This document shows, piece by piece, positions 61,590 through 64,000 of a DNA stretch of 64,000 nt; within the stretch, counting starts at the first letter, position 1; the number at the start of each line of letters is the position of its first letter. The notes under the pieces are model-generated. The model did not search any database. It worked only from the letters and a program-made list of their open reading frames with translations, and was not told the origin of the DNA. The DNA is taken from positions 6,200,001-6,264,000 of the forward strand of contig CATNEN010000025.1 of NCBI GenBank assembly GCA_950097015.1, written 5' to 3'. A program made the position numbers and the translations under genes. Origin of the DNA: Macrostomum hystrix (lineage: Eukaryota; Animalia; Platyhelminthes).

Positions 61590-63135
61590 AGTGGAGAAAA
61601 GAAGAGGTAAGAGAAAAAGAGGGGAGAGAAGAAGAGGGGAGAAAAGAAGAGGGGAGAGAAGAAGAGGGGAGAAAAGAAGAGGGGAGAAAAGAAGAGGGGA
61701 GAGAAGAAGAGGGGGGAGAAGAAGAGGGGAGAGAAGAAGAGGGGGGAGAAGAAGAGGGGAGAGAAGAAGAAGTGAAGAGAGGAAGAGGGGAGAGAAAAAG
61801 AGGGTGGAGAAGAAGAGGGGAGAGAAGAAGAGGGGGGAGAAGAAGAGGGAAAGAAGAAGAGTGGGAGAAGAAGAGGGGGGAGAAGAAGAGGGGAGAGAAA
61901 AAGAGGGGAGAGAAGAAGAGGGGGGAGAAGAAGAGGGGAGAGAAGAAGAGGGGGGAGAAGAAGAGGGGAGAGAAGAAGAAGTGAAGAGAGGAAGAGGGGA
62001 GAGAAGAAGAGGGGGGAGAAGAAGAGGGGAGAGAAGAAGAGGGGGGAGAAGAAGAGGGGAGAGAAGAAGAGGGGAGAAAAGAAGAGGGGAGAGAAGAAGA
62101 GGGGAGAGAAGAAGAGGGGAGAGAAGAAGAGGGGAGAGAAGAAGAGGGGAGAGAAGAAGAGGGGAGAGAAGAAGAGGGGAGAGAAGAAGAGGGGAGAGAA
62201 GAAGAGGGGAGAGAAGAAGAGGGGAGAAAAGAAGAGGGGGGAGAAGAAGAGGGGAGAGAAGAAGAAGTGAAGAGAGGAAGAGGGGAGAGAAAAAGAGGGT
62301 GGAGAAGAAGAGGGGAGAGAAGAAGAGGGGGGAGAAGAAGAGGGGAGAGAAGAAGAGGGGAGAGAAAAAGAGGGGAGAGAAGAAGAGGGGAGAGAAGAAG
62401 AGGGGAGAGAAGAAGAGGGGAGAGAAGAAGAGGGGAGAGAAAAAGAGGGGAGAGAAGAAGAGGGGGGAGAAGAAGAGGGGAGAGAAGAAGAGGGGGGAGA
62501 AGAAGAAGTGGAGAAAAGAAGAGGTAAGAGAAAAAGAGGGGAGAGAAGAAGAGGGGAGAGAAGAAGAGGGGAGAAAAGAAGAGGGGAGAGAAGAAGAGGG
62601 GAGAGAAAAAGAGGGGAGAGAAGAAGAGGGGAGAGAAGAAGAGGGGAGAGAAGAAGAGGGGAGAGAAGAAGAGGGGAGAGAAGAAGAGGGGAGAGAAGAA
62701 GAGGGGAGAGAAGAAGAGGGGAGAGAAGAAGAGGGGAGAGAAAAAGAGGGGAGAGAAGAAGAGGGGAGAGAAGAAGAGGGGAGAGAAGAAGAGGGGAGAG
62801 AAGAAGAGGGGGGAGAAGAAGAGGGGAGAGAAGAAGAAGTGAAGAGAGGAAGAGGGGAGAGAAAAAGAGGGTGGAGAAGAAGAGGGGAGAGAAGAAGAGG
62901 GGGGAGAAGAAGAGGGAAAGAAGAAGAGTGGGAGAAGAAGAGGGGGGAGGAGAAGAGGGGAGAGAAAAAGAGGGGAGAGAAGAAGAGGGGGGAGAAGAAG
63001 AGGGGAGAGAAGAAGAGGGGGGAGAAGAAGAAGTGGAGAGAAGAAGAGGGGAGAGAAGAAGAGGGGGAGGAGAAGAGGGGGAGAAGAAGAGGGGGAGAAG
63101 AAGAGGGGGGAGAAGAAGAGGGGAGAGAAAAAGAA
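61590..63135. repeat. 15-bp polypurine minisatellite (GAAGAGGGGAGAGAA)
   Basis: Almost pure G/A; a marker block near 61585 recurs near 62507 (about 920-bp duplication); the long ORFs are artefacts. Confidence 0.96.
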
Positions 63136-63738
63136 GAGTAGAATGTGGCTAAAAATAAAAGCGATGGTAGGCGACTCATATGGAGGGGGAGAGAAGAAGC
63201 ATAGGAGAGGAATAGGAAAAAGCAAATCAGGAAATTTAGCAGAAGATTTTTATTAGAAGACGCGTCGTTAAAAATGAAGAATTTGAGTGCGTTGTAGCAT
63301 ACAAAAGGGTTACGCCTGTTAACTTGCAGCCTGAGATAATGGAAAGAAAAAGTGGAATGAGGCAAATCCTTTGTCAATCCTCAGAGCTACCATGGCACGA
63401 TGACAATGAAGCCCTACTGTAGCTCATCCATCCATTTATGGGATTTTTCAGCATCAAAAAAAGTTCAAAACACTTCCAGATTCCATGGATTATTTTTCAT
63501 AAGACCAGGCGAACCGGAAAAACTGTGAACTGGTAGGCGGGAAGAGAAGCGCAAGTATTTATCATTAATAATTTATCCCAACCAATCAGCTCCTCTTGCT
63601 TCCCGCGCATAAAACATCTGCTTTCAACGGTACTGCAGATCCGCAGTGTTTTCAGAGCAAGCCAACTTTCAGAAGGCTTGGCCAAAAATATTCTCACAGC
63701 TCAACAATCATTAGGCATTGTTGCTGCAACCTTTGCCG

Positions 63739-64000
63739 ATGTTCTTCAAGCCGTTTCTTGCAGTTGCCGCTGTTTCAACCGTCACGGCGATGGCTGTCAG
63801 CTTCCAGTCCGACGCCTCCTGCCCGACGGTGTGGGTTCGAGCCGCTCTGCCACGCATCGTCGGGGCCGCAGATCGACGAAGCTGCTATGTAGAGTGCGCC
63901 TCCAGAGCCGACTGCGCTGCCGTCAATGTGGACTCGACAACGGCTGTGTGCTATCTGGGCAGCTATGCCAACTGGACCTCAGCTGGTGCTTGGCAGGTGA
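63739..64000 (+). CDS. 5' part of a second PAN/Apple-domain secreted protein (paralog of 55616-56941), running off the window; absent from the ORF track
   Basis: MFFKPFLAVAAVSTVTAMA signal, then VSFQSDASCP...RSCYVECASRADC...CYLG...GAWQ, which aligns with TVTFVQDASCP...QSCAVECAVSPGC...CRLG...GAWQ. Confidence 0.8.
   Translation, partial: MFFKPFLAVAAVSTVTAMAVSFQSDASCPTVWVRAALPRIVGAADRRSCYVECASRADCAAVNVDSTTAVCYLGSYANWTSAGAWQV

Noticed and set aside
61398-63377. Long R/E/G-rich or S/P/L-rich ORFs (SR-like or adhesive protein)
   Set aside because: Polypurine 15-bp repeat with indels; every frame is open for compositional reasons only.

Overview
Eukaryotic (metazoan) genomic DNA. It has GC-rich spliced and unspliced coding exons with GT-AG introns, embedded in an extremely minisatellite-rich background: about 31 mostly unrelated tandem arrays with 4-37 bp units, about 30 kb or 47% of the window by my hand tally. 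This style resembles the flatworm Macrostomum, but that is inference only. Supported genes are: (1) a two-exon class A neuropeptide-type GPCR with degenerate DRY and NPxxY motifs (13.7-16.6 kb, +); (2) a multi-exon type I membrane protein with signal peptide, Ig-like domain, Thr-rich stalk, TM and Tyr-motif tail (25.5-30.7 kb, +); (3) a small single-exon, putatively N-myristoylated orphan protein (33.8-34.4 kb, -); (4) a single-exon LRR receptor with a Toll-type multi-cysteine-cluster ectodomain but no TIR domain (44.2-46.8 kb, +); (5) two divergently oriented PAN/Apple-domain paralogs (55.6-56.9 kb, -, with a LamG/ConA-like domain; and 63.7 kb to the window end, +). There are also fragments of a minus-strand gene at 4.9-6.1 kb whose 33-bp array may be coding, and one hAT-transposon end. 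Most long ORFs in the supplied track are artefacts of stop-free repeats. No CRISPR, rRNA or intact tRNA was found.
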